A DNA stretch of 64,000 nt from Coniocarpon cinnabarinum (GCA_051942205.1 JAVECO010000098.1:1-64000); one strand, 5' to 3'. Positions 48,594 to 62,600 are shown, counted from the stretch's first letter. Notes: generated by a model from the letters alone, not told the origin. Made by a program: numbers and translations.

Positions 48594-50586
48594 ATGGCGA
48601 CTCTAAACCGAGCTGCAAGTTCCACACAAGGCTTTTTTCAGGATGCGCCCCACATTGAGAATCAATTCCTTGAAGACTCTTCCCTCAGCCATGCTGTGAA
48701 ACTCTTTCTGCTCGAAAATCTGCTCTCTCATATGCATCAACCTATATACTCAGATTTGATAAGGTTCGGCGAACGTGTGCTATCTCTAGAGATTCAGTCA
48801 TACGTGAAGGATGCGGAACATAATCTTCCTGGGCTCGAAACTTGGGACACATTTGGCCGGTGGGCCGATCAATTGATTACGAGCAGGGGCTGGAAACAGC
48901 TTCAGGCCATTGGACGATAAGAGGGTACAGTCGCCATACCATACGAGGCACGCTTCAATCATTGTGGCCGTTTATATCAATTAATGAAGTATCACCTTTG
49001 GTCTGCGTCCAACGCTGTTGTTACCTGTCCCAGCGCAATGACTGATGGCGCAGCAGCTCTACTTGAGAAGCACCTGCGAAGCGCTCGCAAGGGCCACGCC
49101 TCAGACCAAGTGGTGGCTATGAATCTGCCTACAAGCGGCTGACTTCGCGTGACCCCTCGTTTGCTTGGACATCCAGGCAATGGTGGTGAGTACTCTGACT
49201 ATTCCAAAGATTGCTCCTAACGTTCCACTGCACAGGACAGAGCGAGCTGGTGGTAGTAGTGTCAGCAATACAGAGACCCGAGCGTACAGACTCGAGACTG
49301 ACAGCGTTGAAAAAGTCAAACGGCCTTCAGGTGGGTCGCCACTTGGTCAGTGGGGTGTTGACGGCTTTAAGTGGTTCTCATCGGCAACGGATGTAGATAT
49401 GACGGTGTTGGCGAAAACGTACGACCCGTCCAAAAATACGGAGGCACTTTCTGCCTTTTTTGCACCTTCGCTATGCTTGAACAGCCAGACGGTGCACAGC
49501 CATCGCTCCAAGACAGTGACGAATGGTGTGTTTCTCCAGCGATTGAAGAACAAGCTTGGCACAAAGCCTTTGCCGACCGTAGACCTTGAGCTAAAGTGCA
49601 TTCGCGCTTACTTACTTGGTCAACTCGGACACGGCGTCCGCGAGATATCTACAGTGCTCAATATCACCCGCGTCCATAATTCGATGTCAGCCATGGGAAA
49701 TTGGGGACGAGGGTTGGCCATCGCGCGTGCATGGGCCCGCAGCCGACAAATCGGTAAGAGGTTGCTAATGGACATTCGAGCACATGTCCGAGATATGGCG
49801 CAGGAGCACATCAAATACCGAGCATACATGCTCTTTGCCTTTTTCGTCGTGGTCTTACTCGGAGTAGTAGAGCATCACGCGGACACAGGCAATTTCTCAG
49901 GTATTGCCGGGGTGCAGTCAGCCGAGCACGCAGCACAGCTTCTTCGACTCTTGACGCCAGTGCTGAAAGCTAAGACCGCTCTTGTAGCTATTGACGGCTT
50001 AAGGTGGGTCATAGAATCGTTAAGAGGCATAAGTTATCTGAAAAACGAAGACCCTGTTTTGAACGTGGCAAGAATACTTAGAGATACCGTTGTGCTTACA
50101 ATCTGGGAGGGCACCACAAACATTACGGCAGAGGGCACTATGCGGGTCTTACAACGCCAGGAGACTAGAGCCAATAGCGTGGCTTTCGGTACGCTCAAAC
50201 AATAGAAACGCAGTATGACAAACGCTGACGAGGGCAATGCGATGACCGGCAGCCTGATGGATGATGTCAAGTCTGAACTTGCTTGCATAGGCGAATTGTC
50301 CCATTCCAGGAGTAGCAAACCCGCCACGTCGTACCCGGGACGGAGCGTTGTATATCTGATTGACAGGGTAGTGACGATCACATTGCTGAGCCATGATGTC
50401 GCGAAGCATCCCGACAATCATGTCGGCCAAGCTATCCTCGAACGGTGGCAGAGTCTTTGCAATTCATCCAAAGCAGGGTTCAAGAGGACGATGTTGGGGG
50501 ACTTGAGCCGAGGAATGAAGCTAGACAAAGCCATTGTTGCGAAGAACACCCCGACGGCCTCTAGTACGACACAGGCGAAGCTATGA
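48594..50586 (+). pseudogene. AidB-like acyl-CoA dehydrogenase pseudogene
   Basis: GFFQ..P...NQF, CPSAMTDGAA, TERAGGS, GFKWFSSATD, RLKNKLGTKPLPT, LNITRVHN and IWEGTTN motifs. In-frame stops at 48918 and 50203, frameshift near 49118. Confidence 0.85.
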
Positions 50587-50966
50587 AGCGAAGCCTCCTT
50601 CGACAGTGCAATCGCGTGCTTAAGTGGACCAGGCGGTACGCGCGACTTGCATCAGAGACACAGCCATACCCAGTCACTGATGAAGGCTGAACCGAAGTTG
50701 CCCCATGAGCCCACCCCCCATACCTACCAGGTAACAATCGATGTAGGCAGCCGTTCTCGTTCTGCCTGAGTATCGTTCCTGCTGTTGTCGTGGGAAAAAT
50801 GGATGGTTGGAATAGACAACGGCATCGGGTGTCATGTATAGGCGGAGCCGTCATCAATCGTCTTGACGTTTCGGCATCGTGCGAGCTGGAATCGAGCTAA
50901 GCGCGATAGAAGATGGCGGCGACACGTCGAAAGAAGGATTTCGCAGACTTGGCTGGCACGGCGCGA

Positions 50967-51030
50967 AGAGAGGGAGAGAGGAGAGAGAGAGAGAGAGAGA
51001 GAAAGAGGAGAGAGAGAGAGAGAAAGAGAG
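50967..51030. repeat. imperfect (GA)n microsatellite
   Basis: About 64 nt purine-only tract gagagagaga... Confidence 0.9.
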
Positions 51031-51478
51031 CCACTCACCGCTGTTCCACTTGACGCTAGTCCTGTGGAGGGATGTGCAGGCAACTGGTGGGGAGCATTGG
51101 GGAATTGGGGAGCCCCGTGCTTTGCAACACGCAGCAGGGCCTTGTAGCAATGCACCTCACTTGCCGCATCGTGATCCAGCATCCTGTAGTTGGAATCCTC
51201 CTCGTAGTGTAGGCTCGCTTCCTAGACTGAAGCCGGCGACGACTTGGTCCATGACCTTTGCAACAGCACACATCCGCTGCTTCCGGCTCGCAGCGTCTGC
51301 CTGAGTACCTGACGTTGCAAGTGTCCCTACTATCTCATGATCGTTCTTCTCTGGCCATGTCGACGCCGCTCACGCACCATCTTCTCTCCTTCTCACATTT
51401 GGCCCCATTCGCTTTTCTGCTCACGACTAGAGAGAAGCTACAGACCGTTGTGAACAACCACGCTTGCCTGACACTCCA

Positions 51479-53315
51479 ATGACAGCTCCTAAGTGTGTTG
51501 GCAGCCACGACGACGATGCAGCAAACATGTCCAGCTCGCAGCCGGAGATCAGTGGCACTTTGGACGACGACACAGAACCTGTCGCTAAAGACGAGGCGCG
51601 TCTTGTTCGCAAGTTTGATCGTCACATCCTGCCTCTGGTCTTCGTTCTCTACGTACTCGCTTTCCTCGACCGCTCAAACATTGGCAATGCAAGGATCGCA
51701 GGCATGTCGCGCGATCTTGACCTCTACGGCAACCGTTATCAATGGTTTCTCACCATCTTCTACATTGCCTACATTCTCGCCGAAGTGACTGTCGTGTTCT
51801 ACAAGATCTTTCCGCCTCACTACTGGCTGGCAATAGTGACCTTGTTCTGGTGGGTATTGTCTCTTCAACAAGCATGCCGCGAAACTCAAGACAGTCTGTA
51901 GGGGTGTGTTCGCAGCAGCCCAAGCCGGTGCAAACAGTTGGTCGGCCATGATGGCCTTTCGTTTCCTCATGGGGGTCTTTGAAGCTGGCTTCGGCCCAGG
52001 GATACCATACCTCCTTAGCTGCTTCTACCTTCGAAAGGAACTGGGCCTCCGCATAGGAATCTTTTTGTCGGCAGCTCCGCTTGCAACTTGCTTTTCGGGT
52101 GCGTTAGCGTATGGTGAGTTGCCGGCGGTCTCATTCACCATTTTTCGTTCTGTGAAGCACTTCAACGATTGCCAATCTGCTGGCCTTCAAAGAGTATGAC
52201 AGCGCTCTAATCGATGCGCCCGACCCTAATGAGTAACGAGACTGGGTTTGACAGGCGGACTTCACGCCTGTCAAATTTCACAGTCGTCTATCCGGATGTT
52301 TAGGGCATTGCGATAATAGGTGAAAGTGTGCTAAAAAAGGTCATATAAGGCATTACCAGTGGACACGCTGCCATTGCCAACTGGCGACTGCTCTTCCTCG
52401 TTGAGGGCCTCCCAACAATTTGCATGACACCTATATCATTCTTCTTCATGCCAGATACGCCGCACCAGGCGCGTTTCCTCGAAGAATCTGAAAAGAAGTT
52501 GGCCGTTGCAAGGGGTGTTCGTCAGACCGGCTCTGAGCGGTGCATCGGACCAGTCAGCTTGAAAGACGTGACCTTGATCCTCTTCGATGTCAGAGCTTGG
52601 CTGACAGCATTGATGTATTTCTCTTGTAATACCTCTTTCGCCAGCCTCCCGGTTTTCCTGCCAACAATCATACTCGAGAGTACGTACCTGACCACGTATA
52701 GCTACGCCAGAGCAAGTAGTCCTAATTTGCCATGCAGTGGGGTTCAGTAGCCTCGATGCCCAGGGACTGTCTGCCCCTCCATTTTTCGTGAGCTTCCTGC
52801 TGACCATCAGCACGACCTGGATAGCAGACAAAACGCAACAGCGCGGAATCACTATCATGATTTTGTCTGCAGTGGGCGGCATAGGCTACATCATCCTTGC
52901 GACAGCCAAGTCGGTCGGGGCGCGATATTTCGCTACGTTCCTCGCCGCCGGGGGCGTGTTTCCAAGCATCGCGAACATCTTGCCTTGGGTCATGAACAAT
53001 CAAGGCAGTGACACGCGCAGGGTTGCGAATTCGATGTTCATGAGTCTCATTGGGCAATGTGGACCAATTTTAGGGACGAACGTCTACCCTACACGTGAAG
53101 GTCCTTATTATGTCAAGGGACAGGCCGTCTGTGCGGCGTTCATGCTCTTTACTACACTGCTTGCGCTAGCTTTGCGGCAGCTGAATGCATGGGACAATCA
53201 GAGACTTGATCAAAAATATGGAAAGCTGGAGGAAAACTCGGTGGTGAATGATGTGGATCAGGACGTCGTTGGAGGTGAGGATGATTACGGACCAAGATTT
53301 AGGTACATATTGTAG
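51479..53315 (+). CDS. MFS transporter, allantoate/nicotinate permease (Dal5/Tna1-like) family
   Basis: RLVRKFDRHILP..LAFLDRSNIGNARIAG, RFLMGVFEAGFGPG, WRLLFLVEGLPT, GPRFRYIL end. Three introns. The start could be 51527. Confidence 0.9.
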
Positions 53316-53632
53316 TAGGGAGATGACTACCTGGTGACGTGTCGAAGATCTCATCTTCACGTGATCGAAAGAGCCACCTACCTACCTTCCAGACAGACTG
53401 ATACACAGCGAGGCGCAGGCCAGGCAGCGACTAGCACTCTTGCATCCCACGTTCTATGATCGTCGAATTCTTCTTGTTTCGCTTCGCCAACACTCGCTCA
53501 ACTCCCCCCATTTCCTGAGGTTACCTGTTACACGAAACCTCATCAGAGCTCCTACCACAGCGAGCTCGAGGGTCTTTCGACGCGGTCGGTGGCGAGGCTG
53601 CGTCATCCTTGAAGCTGCCTGACGTATCTACC

Positions 53633-54182
53633 ATGGCGCAAAAGCAACACGTGCGTACGAGCATATATTCAAGAACTAGTAGATCGAGCTGTAAAATCTG
53701 ACGTTTTACAGTCACCTCCACCCACAGATGCTCCACCGGCATACCCCTCACCAGCCGCCCAACCTTCTCCTCTAAGGCCGCAAGACACAGCTTTAACACA
53801 ATACCAACCTCCCACATCGCCACCTCCTGCTAGCGCAAGAACAGAGTCAAATGCGGCTCCGTACTATGGGTCACCCGAGCCAATACAGTCAGCGCATCCT
53901 GCTGGATTCTACGGGCCATACTCACAACCGCAACCTCAGGACTGGCAGCAGGCGCAAAGAGGAGGTTTCTACCCTCAACCTTACTACTATCCGCAAGCGC
54001 AGCCCATGTACGGGCCCCCGGGGCAGCCGATGATGTACGGTCCACAACCGGGTGGTCCTTACTATGGCCAGCCACCACCCGGACAATACGGCACCCGAAG
54101 GAGTGGCGCTGGTGAGGGCATTTTCGCCGGCTTGCTGGCAGCGCTCGCTGCATGTTGCTGTTTGGACTTCTTGCTGTTCTAA
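53633..54182 (+). CDS. Pro/Gln/Tyr-rich protein with C-terminal cysteine-rich TM module (CYSTM)
   Basis: Exon 1 MAQKQH (53633-53650), intron to 53711, exon 2 SPPTDAPPAYP...GIFAGLLAALAACCCLDFLLF*. Confidence 0.85.
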
Positions 54183-54674
54183 ATCATACCTACTCGCCTA
54201 ACGAGCACACGAGCCTGGCAGGGCGTCGCCTTCGATTTGAGCCTGTGACTTAGCGCCATCGCAAGGATCTGTCAATAAGCTCTGTTCGATCAAACAGCTC
54301 CTCGAACTTCACGCAGTGTGTAGCGTACCGCGCTTCGTTCTGATGATGCTTACGACACCTGTTGTGCGAACGGTCGCTCTCCCAAGGTTGTCAGGATGAT
54401 CTTCTTAAGTCACTCTCCTGCAGCATCCATGCTCCCACACCGTCACCCGCACTAAGATCTTCATTTAGCAATCTTGGACGATCTCATCCAGATTACACCT
54501 CAGCGGGAGTCTGTCACTGGTGCCAACTGGTGATGCTGCATGTACCCGATAGCTGTGCAATCTCCTGTCCTTTGTGTGGTAATAAAGCGTTTAATTTGGC
54601 CGCAACTCTTCTTTGTTGGCACAATTACGCCCCGCCGCTGATAAGACCGAGCCCGGGCTTTGCCAAAGCCTCCT

Positions 54675-55253
54675 TTAGCCATCCTGTTGCTTTCGCTGCC
54701 CGTCTTGGTCAAAACCGAGTTTATCCAGCTGGTATATCAGCTCATTGATCTTTGTTACTTTTGCAAATTGTTCGGGCAGCAAAGCGGCGCCGTCCTCTTT
54801 GTTTTTCTGCTGAAGCTCTCGAGCCTGCCGTAGCTTCTTGCTTAGTTTCCGCGCTTCCTTTTGCTTGACAAGTTCTGGGTCTTCGGGCTCGGGCTCGGGC
54901 TCGGGCGCCGGCTCTGCAGCGTATCGACTATCTACACCTTTTCCTCCGCTCTTCAGAGCAGATTCTTTTGACATGTCGACTGTTTTTTGCGCATGTTGCT
55001 TTTTTGCTGATTTCGGCTTTTCGGATTCCACAAATTCTGCACCAGGAATGCCACTTTTGGCTCGTATTTTAAAGGCTTGGGCTGTTCGGTTTTTGTATAC
55101 AGCTACGTCCTCCGGAGGCTTGTAACCAGGACGGACACGGATTTCTTTGCGGACAGACCCATCGGCTCGTGTGGAGGAGGGGATTATGGACTCGCCATTG
55201 ACGTCCTCAGTGATACCTGACGTACTGGTGGGCGCCGAAATACCCGAAGGCAT
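54675..55253 (-). CDS. PYM1: partner of Y14 and Mago (WIBG/PYM family)
   Basis: Mago-binding motif IIPSSTRADGSVRKEIRVRPGYKPPED..YKNR and C-terminal RKLSKKLRQARELQ...LLPEQ. Confidence 0.9.
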   Translation of the reverse strand: MPSGISAPTSTSGITEDVNGESIIPSSTRADGSVRKEIRVRPGYKPPEDVAVYKNRTAQAFKIRAKSGIPGAEFVESEKPKSAKKQHAQKTVDMSKESALKSGGKGVDSRYAAEPAPEPEPEPEDPELVKQKEARKLSKKLRQARELQQKNKEDGAALLPEQFAKVTKINELIYQLDKLGFDQDGQRKQQDG

Positions 55254-56633
55254 TTTGGTTGGAGCTGCAGAGAGTCATCAAATGTGCATTTCCGGAAGAG
55301 AGGGATTAGCAAAGAGAGTGTGGAGTTGTCTACTGTTTGGCGTAGATGGTGCTTTGAGGCGCCGTTTATATTTTAACTCCGTGGCCTTTGCTAACTCCCC
55401 CAATCTCAGGCAATCAGGCAAGCTTCCATTATTCTTGATTCTTGAAGCTGGTTATCAGAGCTTACATGCTGAATCGTTGACGACTACCTCGACACTGTAC
55501 ATTACACATCCAACAGCGGGCAAGCTTGTGATAGCAGGCCAGTGACAAGGCCCTTCACGAGGCTTTCTAACCTCGCTCTATAACTCGATTCAACCTTCCC
55601 TCCCTTATTTTCGTCCGCTTGGGCCGCAATGCCTGTGAGTCCTCAGCCTCGACGTCGGAAAGCGCAGGCAAGGCTGACCGCGACGCTTTTGTAGTCCGGC
55701 GTCAGTGGCAGCCTCTACAAGTACGCCTCTTGCGGTCTTATGATTTGGCTCGTCTGACAAGGCTCCAGCGCCATCTTCCGACGCAACCAGACTTTCCTTG
55801 GTGTTGTTTTCCTCTCCGCATTCGGCCTCGAGATGTACGTTTTTGCACGTAGGGAGTAGGAACCGCGGCGATTATTATTCTGACACGATGAAGCGCCTTC
55901 GACACCGGCTCAAACAAATTGTGGGACTACGTGAACCGTGGGGTACGACCCTCCTGAAAGTGCTAGCGAAAAGGCTTACCACTGACCCCTAATAGCGACA
56001 ATGGAAAGATATCAAGTACAAGTACATGGAGGCGGGTGAAGAAGATGATGGGTGAGAAGACCGTTTTGGCGCCGTGCTGCAGCCGTCCTTGCGTCTGGTC
56101 AGACAGCCCGTCGCGACGGCTTCTGCAGCAATACCAGTCGGTCGTTTGAGGCATGGGAGCAGCGGCTGGAAGAAAACCATACATTTCCATTGTATTCTAG
56201 AGCCTGAGGCGCCACAGGCGAGCGTTGGCGGGTCTATTTTGCAGCGCCATGCACGAGGTCGCAGGCGTGCCCAGAAATGCCGGCGGGCGACATCTAGATC
56301 CATGCGAGACTTTACCTGAATCAGCGTGCTTGCGTTATCATCTTTGATCCTAATCAATAGCCCATTCTCGCCTAATAGATCCCTTGTTCACGGGCAGGCC
56401 TGTGATTTGGTATGGGCTGGCCAAATCATCTTCCATCCGCCACCTTGCGTCATATGTGCCTTCCTTTGCATCTCATCGTTCCGACACACGTCTGCCTGCG
56501 ACATTCCCACAACCCTGACTCCGCAGCCCGCTCTGCTGGTAGTCCTCGCCTCCTACATTCAATGAGTGTCGCACATTGTAATTGAGAGTGTCGGCGCACG
56601 CCACAGGAGCCGTCCACTCGCGCTCCGCGCGAC

Positions 56634-59600
56634 ATGCTCGACATCGCGCCCTTGGGCAGTCTGCTGAGATCTCTGCCCCATGAAAAGAAATATCGGTACA
56701 CAAGCGATGTCCGCCAGCATCTCGTTCGTGCGCTTTTCTACTCTCTAGCAGGCCACAAACAGCAGCATCTCGACCTCTTGTTCCCGCACGGCACGCCTAC
56801 GTGGGATCAGGAATGGAAGTTGTCGGAAGCCAGAGGGACCAGCGATGGTGCTGAATACACAGAAGCTGCGAGAGGCAAGCGATGCGGGCATATCTTCAAG
56901 CACGAAGAGGCTACCTATTTCTGTCGCACCTGCACCACCGACGCAACCTGCGTTCTGTGCCAGAAATGCTTTGAAGCGTCTGATCACGAAGGTCACCACG
57001 TCGAGGTCTATCTATCCGAAGGCTCTTCTGGATGCTGCGATTGTGGCGATGATGAAGCTTGGAGCACGCCTTTGAAATGCGGTATTCACACATCCCTAGA
57101 TGAGACCGGCAGGAATGACACCAACCGCAACACCGCTGAGCACTCGCCGCTACCGCTCGAGTTGCAGGAAAGCATTCGACTGACAATCGCGAAAGTTTTC
57201 GACTATCTGTGTGATGTCTTCTCGTGTGCGCCAGAGCACATGAAAGCGCCGAAGCGCATAGAGTCTATCCAACAAGACGAGCATTTGGCACGGCTGGTGG
57301 CGGATTGGTACGATGTGATAAAGGAATCCGACGCCTGCCACGAGTTTGCACTCGTGCTTTGGAACGACGAGAAACACACAGTAGACGAGGTCAAGGAACA
57401 GGTTGCGCGAGCCTGTAAGAAGAAAAAGTCATATGGCGAGGAAAAGGCTAGAGAGATCGACTCCGTGGGGCGAGCTATCGTCGAATATTCAAATGATATT
57501 CCGAGTCTCATTCAAAAGGCAAAGATTTTGGAGCAGATAAAGGTGACTGTCACGATACGATCGAGCAGAGATTACTTTCGCGAAGAGATGTGCAACACTA
57601 TTGTTGAGTGGCTCACCGATATCTCGGCGTGCAGTGTTGGTGATGATCACGATATTTTAACAAATACTGTCTGTGGGGAGATGTTGCGACAATGGCAGAT
57701 GGGCAGCAACGCAAGCAACCTGCCCATAGGTCGACAAGGTTACACAGACCATCAGCGGACTGACGAGAGATTGAAGGAAATGCGGGACCGAGACCTCTAC
57801 AACCGCATGCTAGCAGCTCGCAACCAAGTGCGTCAAGCCGGGCGGGACGTACGTCATGTCACTGGTGTTGCAGACCGACTAAATACTGTGGCAAGGCGAC
57901 GGCATGGGAACAATGCCACTCAAGAGCAAGTGGACGATGAACTGGATGTCGTGGGTGAAGCAGATGAGAACAACACTGATGATGGCGGTGGTTTCACAAT
58001 TCAAGCGCTCTTGCAGGGAATGGATGATGATGACAATACCGACCCTGGTGGGGTATTCGTCGCCACTCCGCAAAACGACATTATCACCGATACTGGAGAA
58101 TTGTTGGCAACCGTCTCACCCTTCGATCTATCTCAAGATACGCCACGCGGGCCTGCGGAATCGGCATCGCAGAATTCTGATGATAGCGAACCCGATGCCT
58201 CCATACTCTCTCCTCGGAATGACCCTAACGAGCTGCTTGCTGTTGCCACACGTCCACATTCATCAACGAAAACCTACACTGTTCCTCAATATTGGTTGAA
58301 TACCAATGGAAAGTCCGACGACTCAGATGCTAACCGCGTCTTGTCAACAGAGGAGAACTTCAAGAGACGAGTTAGGATCGATTTTCTCATCCTCTACGAT
58401 CTACGCATGTGGAAGATGCTGCGCAACAATCTCCGCCAGCTTTACATTGGGACCGTCATCAAAGTCCCACAATTCAAGCGCGCCCTCGGACTGCGTTTCG
58501 CGGCTATTTATCGTACGCTTGCGCAACTGTACCTGGTTGCTGACCGGGAACCTGACCATTCAATCATCAATCTTTCCTTGCAAATGCTCACCACCCCATC
58601 TATTACGGAGGAAATCATCAGCCGCGGCAACTTCTGCACGCGAATGTTCGCAATCCTACATACGTTTCTGACCAAGCGCAAGGTTGGCAATCCGGAAGAT
58701 GTCGACATCACTCTGGGCATGAATTTTGAAGCCGGTGTAGTCGCTAATAGAAGGATACATCACCTGTTCAATGACCTTCGATATTTGCTGGATGCCAAAT
58801 ACACCCACCGGCGTCTCAGAGAAGACCCAGAATATTTGTTGCAGTTCCTCGACATTCTACAGCTCTTCCAGGGCATGGATTCCAATGTGCGTGCCCTCAA
58901 TGAACACGTACCCTTCGAAACGGATGCGTGGATGACTACAGTAATGCTCGTCAGAGATGTCGCTCGCGCTGTCCGCTTGTTTGCAAATGCCTTCCGCTGG
59001 AGAAAGCTTGGCATTGAAGAGGAGACCATGTACCAGGACGCACTTCCAATGTGTCGTGCCATCAAAGAGATAGGTCGACTTGCTATCCTCCACACGCTCA
59101 AAGCAGGACACAATCAGTTTCAAATCAAAGAGTCCCGAGGTTCACTTCATTTCAAGATTGTAGATCCCCCAGCGTTTGCTCTTGCCATTGACAAGCAGGT
59201 AGCGTCGCCGCAGCAGGTTGTAGATTTTGTGCTCGAGCGAGAATCTATGAGTTTCCATCATCCACTGCACTGGGCCCTATCTTGGATCATTGACGGAGGA
59301 AAGAGCATGGCAAAAGCGCAACTACAATCTCAACTCAAGTTTACCGCAGGGGCGTTGCAGTCAAAGGACGTCAGCCTGCCAGGCGACGGCGACATTCCAC
59401 AACTCGAACCGCTGCAATACTTGCTTGCACTTTTTGATGTTCCGTTGCAAACACTGGCCTGGGTCGCACAGCTAAAGGCAGGAATGTGGGTCCGAAATGG
59501 TTTGGGCCTGCGCCACCAGATGTCAGCATTTCGACAGGTCGCCCAGCGTGAAGTCACATCCCAACGAGATTTGCTTCTCCTTCAAACCGCTTTCGTGGTT

Positions 59601-62600
59601 TGTCCACCAGAGAACTTCTTGGCGAACGTGATTGATCGCTTTCACATGACTAAGTTAATAAACGGAGATCCGGAGATCCCTAGCGACTGGGAAGATCATC
59701 ACCTAATGGATATGGCTGAAGATTTTATTCATCTCTTGATCGTTCTGGTGAGCGACAGAACACAACTTCGCCCAGTCGAAGAGGATCCTCACCCCAGCCA
59801 TTCCCAAGCTGTCCACGAGATTGTCCACACATTGTGTTTTAAACCTCTTGCATACTCAGACATTATTGACCGAGTCACTCATAGTACAGTAACGATTCCC
59901 ACGTTCGATCAAATACTCGCGTCTGTAGCAAAATACAATCCTCCGCAAGGCTTGCAAGACTCAGGCACGTTCGAGCTCAAGCAAGAACACTTCAACAATA
60001 TTGACCCCTACAACTATTTCTTCACCAAAAATCAGCGAGAGGAGGCCGAGAATGCTTGGAGGCGTAACGAAGCACAGCGAGCTGCCACGCCATTTGATGA
60101 CATTGTTTTTGAGCCCCATTTGAGGCCGATCAGGACAGGCTTGTTCACGGATCTATCGTCCTTCACTCAGACACCATTATTCGCTCAAATCATATGGGGC
60201 ATGCTGCGCCTTGCAACACATCCCTCACGCATTGGCAAAGTCCCTTCAAGCCGCGTCGAGGCTTTCCTTCCACTTGTGCTGTATTTGATACTCATTGGGA
60301 TCGCCGAGGACCCAACGCACAGCGAAAATATAGAACCAGCAAAGTCTTTCGTCGATGCAGCTTTGGTGACGCAGATAACGGACAATGGCTTTTACGTCAC
60401 TACTAATATCTCAATCCTTAGCGAGCTTTTGGTGCTGAAAAGCATGCCAAACATGCATGAAAACAGCAAAGCCAAGATTCGAAGAGTTTTAGAAAGATTG
60501 CAGGAACGGCGGCCATCCCTGTTCAGTCAAGCTATTAAAGAACAAGGTCTGGAATCTCACGACAGGCGAGCAGATTCTTCCCAAGAGGCTGCTGCCCGCG
60601 AGCAGGCCGAGAAAAAGCGTAAAGCACAAGAGCGCAAGGCGCATGTCATGGCATCCTTCAAACGGCAACAAAATGATTTTATGTCACAGCAAATGCATGA
60701 TGTTGATCTCGAGGACTGGGACGACCTCGGAGGTGATGTGGAGATGCGAGATATTGGCATGAGGCCATTATGGAATTTCCCCAAAGACACTTGTATTTTT
60801 TGCCAGGTACGTCATGTTTTGGCTCCCTCTCAGCTTATTGATAAGCGATGTGTCTTCTGACACAAGTCCCTTTCCTTGCTTCAGAAGCCAAATTGAGGTC
60901 TCTGTCACGAGGACATCACTGATTTGTTGCTCACAGGAGGGCACCGATGACCAACGTCTTTACGGTTCGCTTGCCTACCTCAGCAAGAGTAGAATCTTTC
61001 GCCATACTAATCTAGAGGATATCGACCATCTGAAAGAGGTAGGGATGACTCCCCTAAGCTACGACCGCCAAACAGAACATCTCAGGCCTTTTGGGATAGC
61101 GAGAAGTAACATTGAGCATGTGAAGAGGGTCGGTGAAAACGGGGAGCCCACTACGCATCAGCGTCGTGGACTTGGAAGAGGCTGGACTGCGAATCAGACC
61201 GGCTCGGGTAACATTGCAACAAGCTGCGGTCATCTGATGCATTTTTCTTGCTTCGAAGCTTTCAACGCTGCGACGAAGAGGCGCCAAAGCTTCCAGATTG
61301 CACGGAACCATCCGGAAAATTTGTCGCTAAAAGAATTCGTCTGTCCTCTATGCAAAGCTCTGGGAAATGCTTTCCTGCCAATCATCTTCAAGCCGAAGAC
61401 GCTGAGATCTCCATCAGATTTGGCCAATGTGGGTAGGAATTTCGAGGATTGGTTACTGTCTCGAGCGCCTTTCTTAGCCTCGGATTCCAGGGTGGAGAAT
61501 GACGAAACTTACAAGCATGAGTCTATCGCATACCGCAACCATGCAATTCAGCCAGCATACGCAGCATCGGTAATGCCTGAGCCGCAAACTTCATCAACTC
61601 GCGGACATCTGGCAATGCCTTCCTTTTTGGGAGGCTCGAGCAACCCGTCATCTCTGCGAGAACAGCATGGGATCCAGAAGTCCGATGCACTTGCTGCATA
61701 CGGAAGACTCAAGGAGACCATTGCTGCAAACCACCTAGATACGGTGCATGGAGGCTACTGGCGTACCCAGTCTGAACCTTCGCCAACAGACGTGCTGGCA
61801 GGCACTTTGAGCTGGTCTGTCACAGCGACAGAGATCGCCGCAAGGGGTTCGTCGCTTGAGCCTGGAGGTATTTTCTATCTTGAAAAGCTGCCAGAGCAGA
61901 CTGTCACACATTTGAGGGTGCTCTCAGAAACGTGCTCGACCTCTGCAGCCTTCGTGACTATGGGAGGTGTACATGCGACCAAGGCATCGGTGCTTGCTCA
62001 GCGTATCCAGCTGCTCGGTCCCGTATCTCGTGGGCCCCAGTCACTCAGGGATCATCGAGCTGTCGCGAGTATGTTTGAAGATGACATCTTTGACTTCTTC
62101 ACTCGCACGACGATCTTCTTGAGCCCATACCTCAAACTCGACCATGGTGAGCAACATGTTATGCAATTGTGTCTGGTGGCGGAGATGGTCAAGGTCGTTG
62201 TGGCACATCTGGAAAGCTTCACCGCTGTTGATCAATATACGCAGAATGATGTCAGACTAAGAACGGACGTGCAAGGCGCCCATGTTGAGAACGAAAAAAT
62301 TTCCTGCTCTCCGGAACAATCACAAACCTTTTCAGCGTTTGTGCAGACAATCATACACACACTAGACGCCTCGCCAGATCAACCGAAGGCCCTAGAATTC
62401 ATGGAAAGAGTGGAACGCAATCCAAATAATCGCGCCAGGTTTGATGAATTTGTCCGTGCATCAGTCATCAGCTACTGCTTACCTTTCCTGCGCAAGTGCC
62501 TCTTGCTCATGCAGGTGCGCGCTTGTGTCGACTTCAGCGATGCGATAAACCTCGACGTGCATGCTGTAGAGGTCGACCGTTTGTGTAGCGTCTTGAGTCT

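Noticed and set aside
50863..51304. Arg/Glu-rich ORFs
   Set aside because: They are translations of the (GA)n microsatellite.
34000..53400. Starship or other large mobile element
   Set aside because: I recognised no tyrosine recombinase captain, transposase, reverse transcriptase, terminal repeats or target-site duplication.
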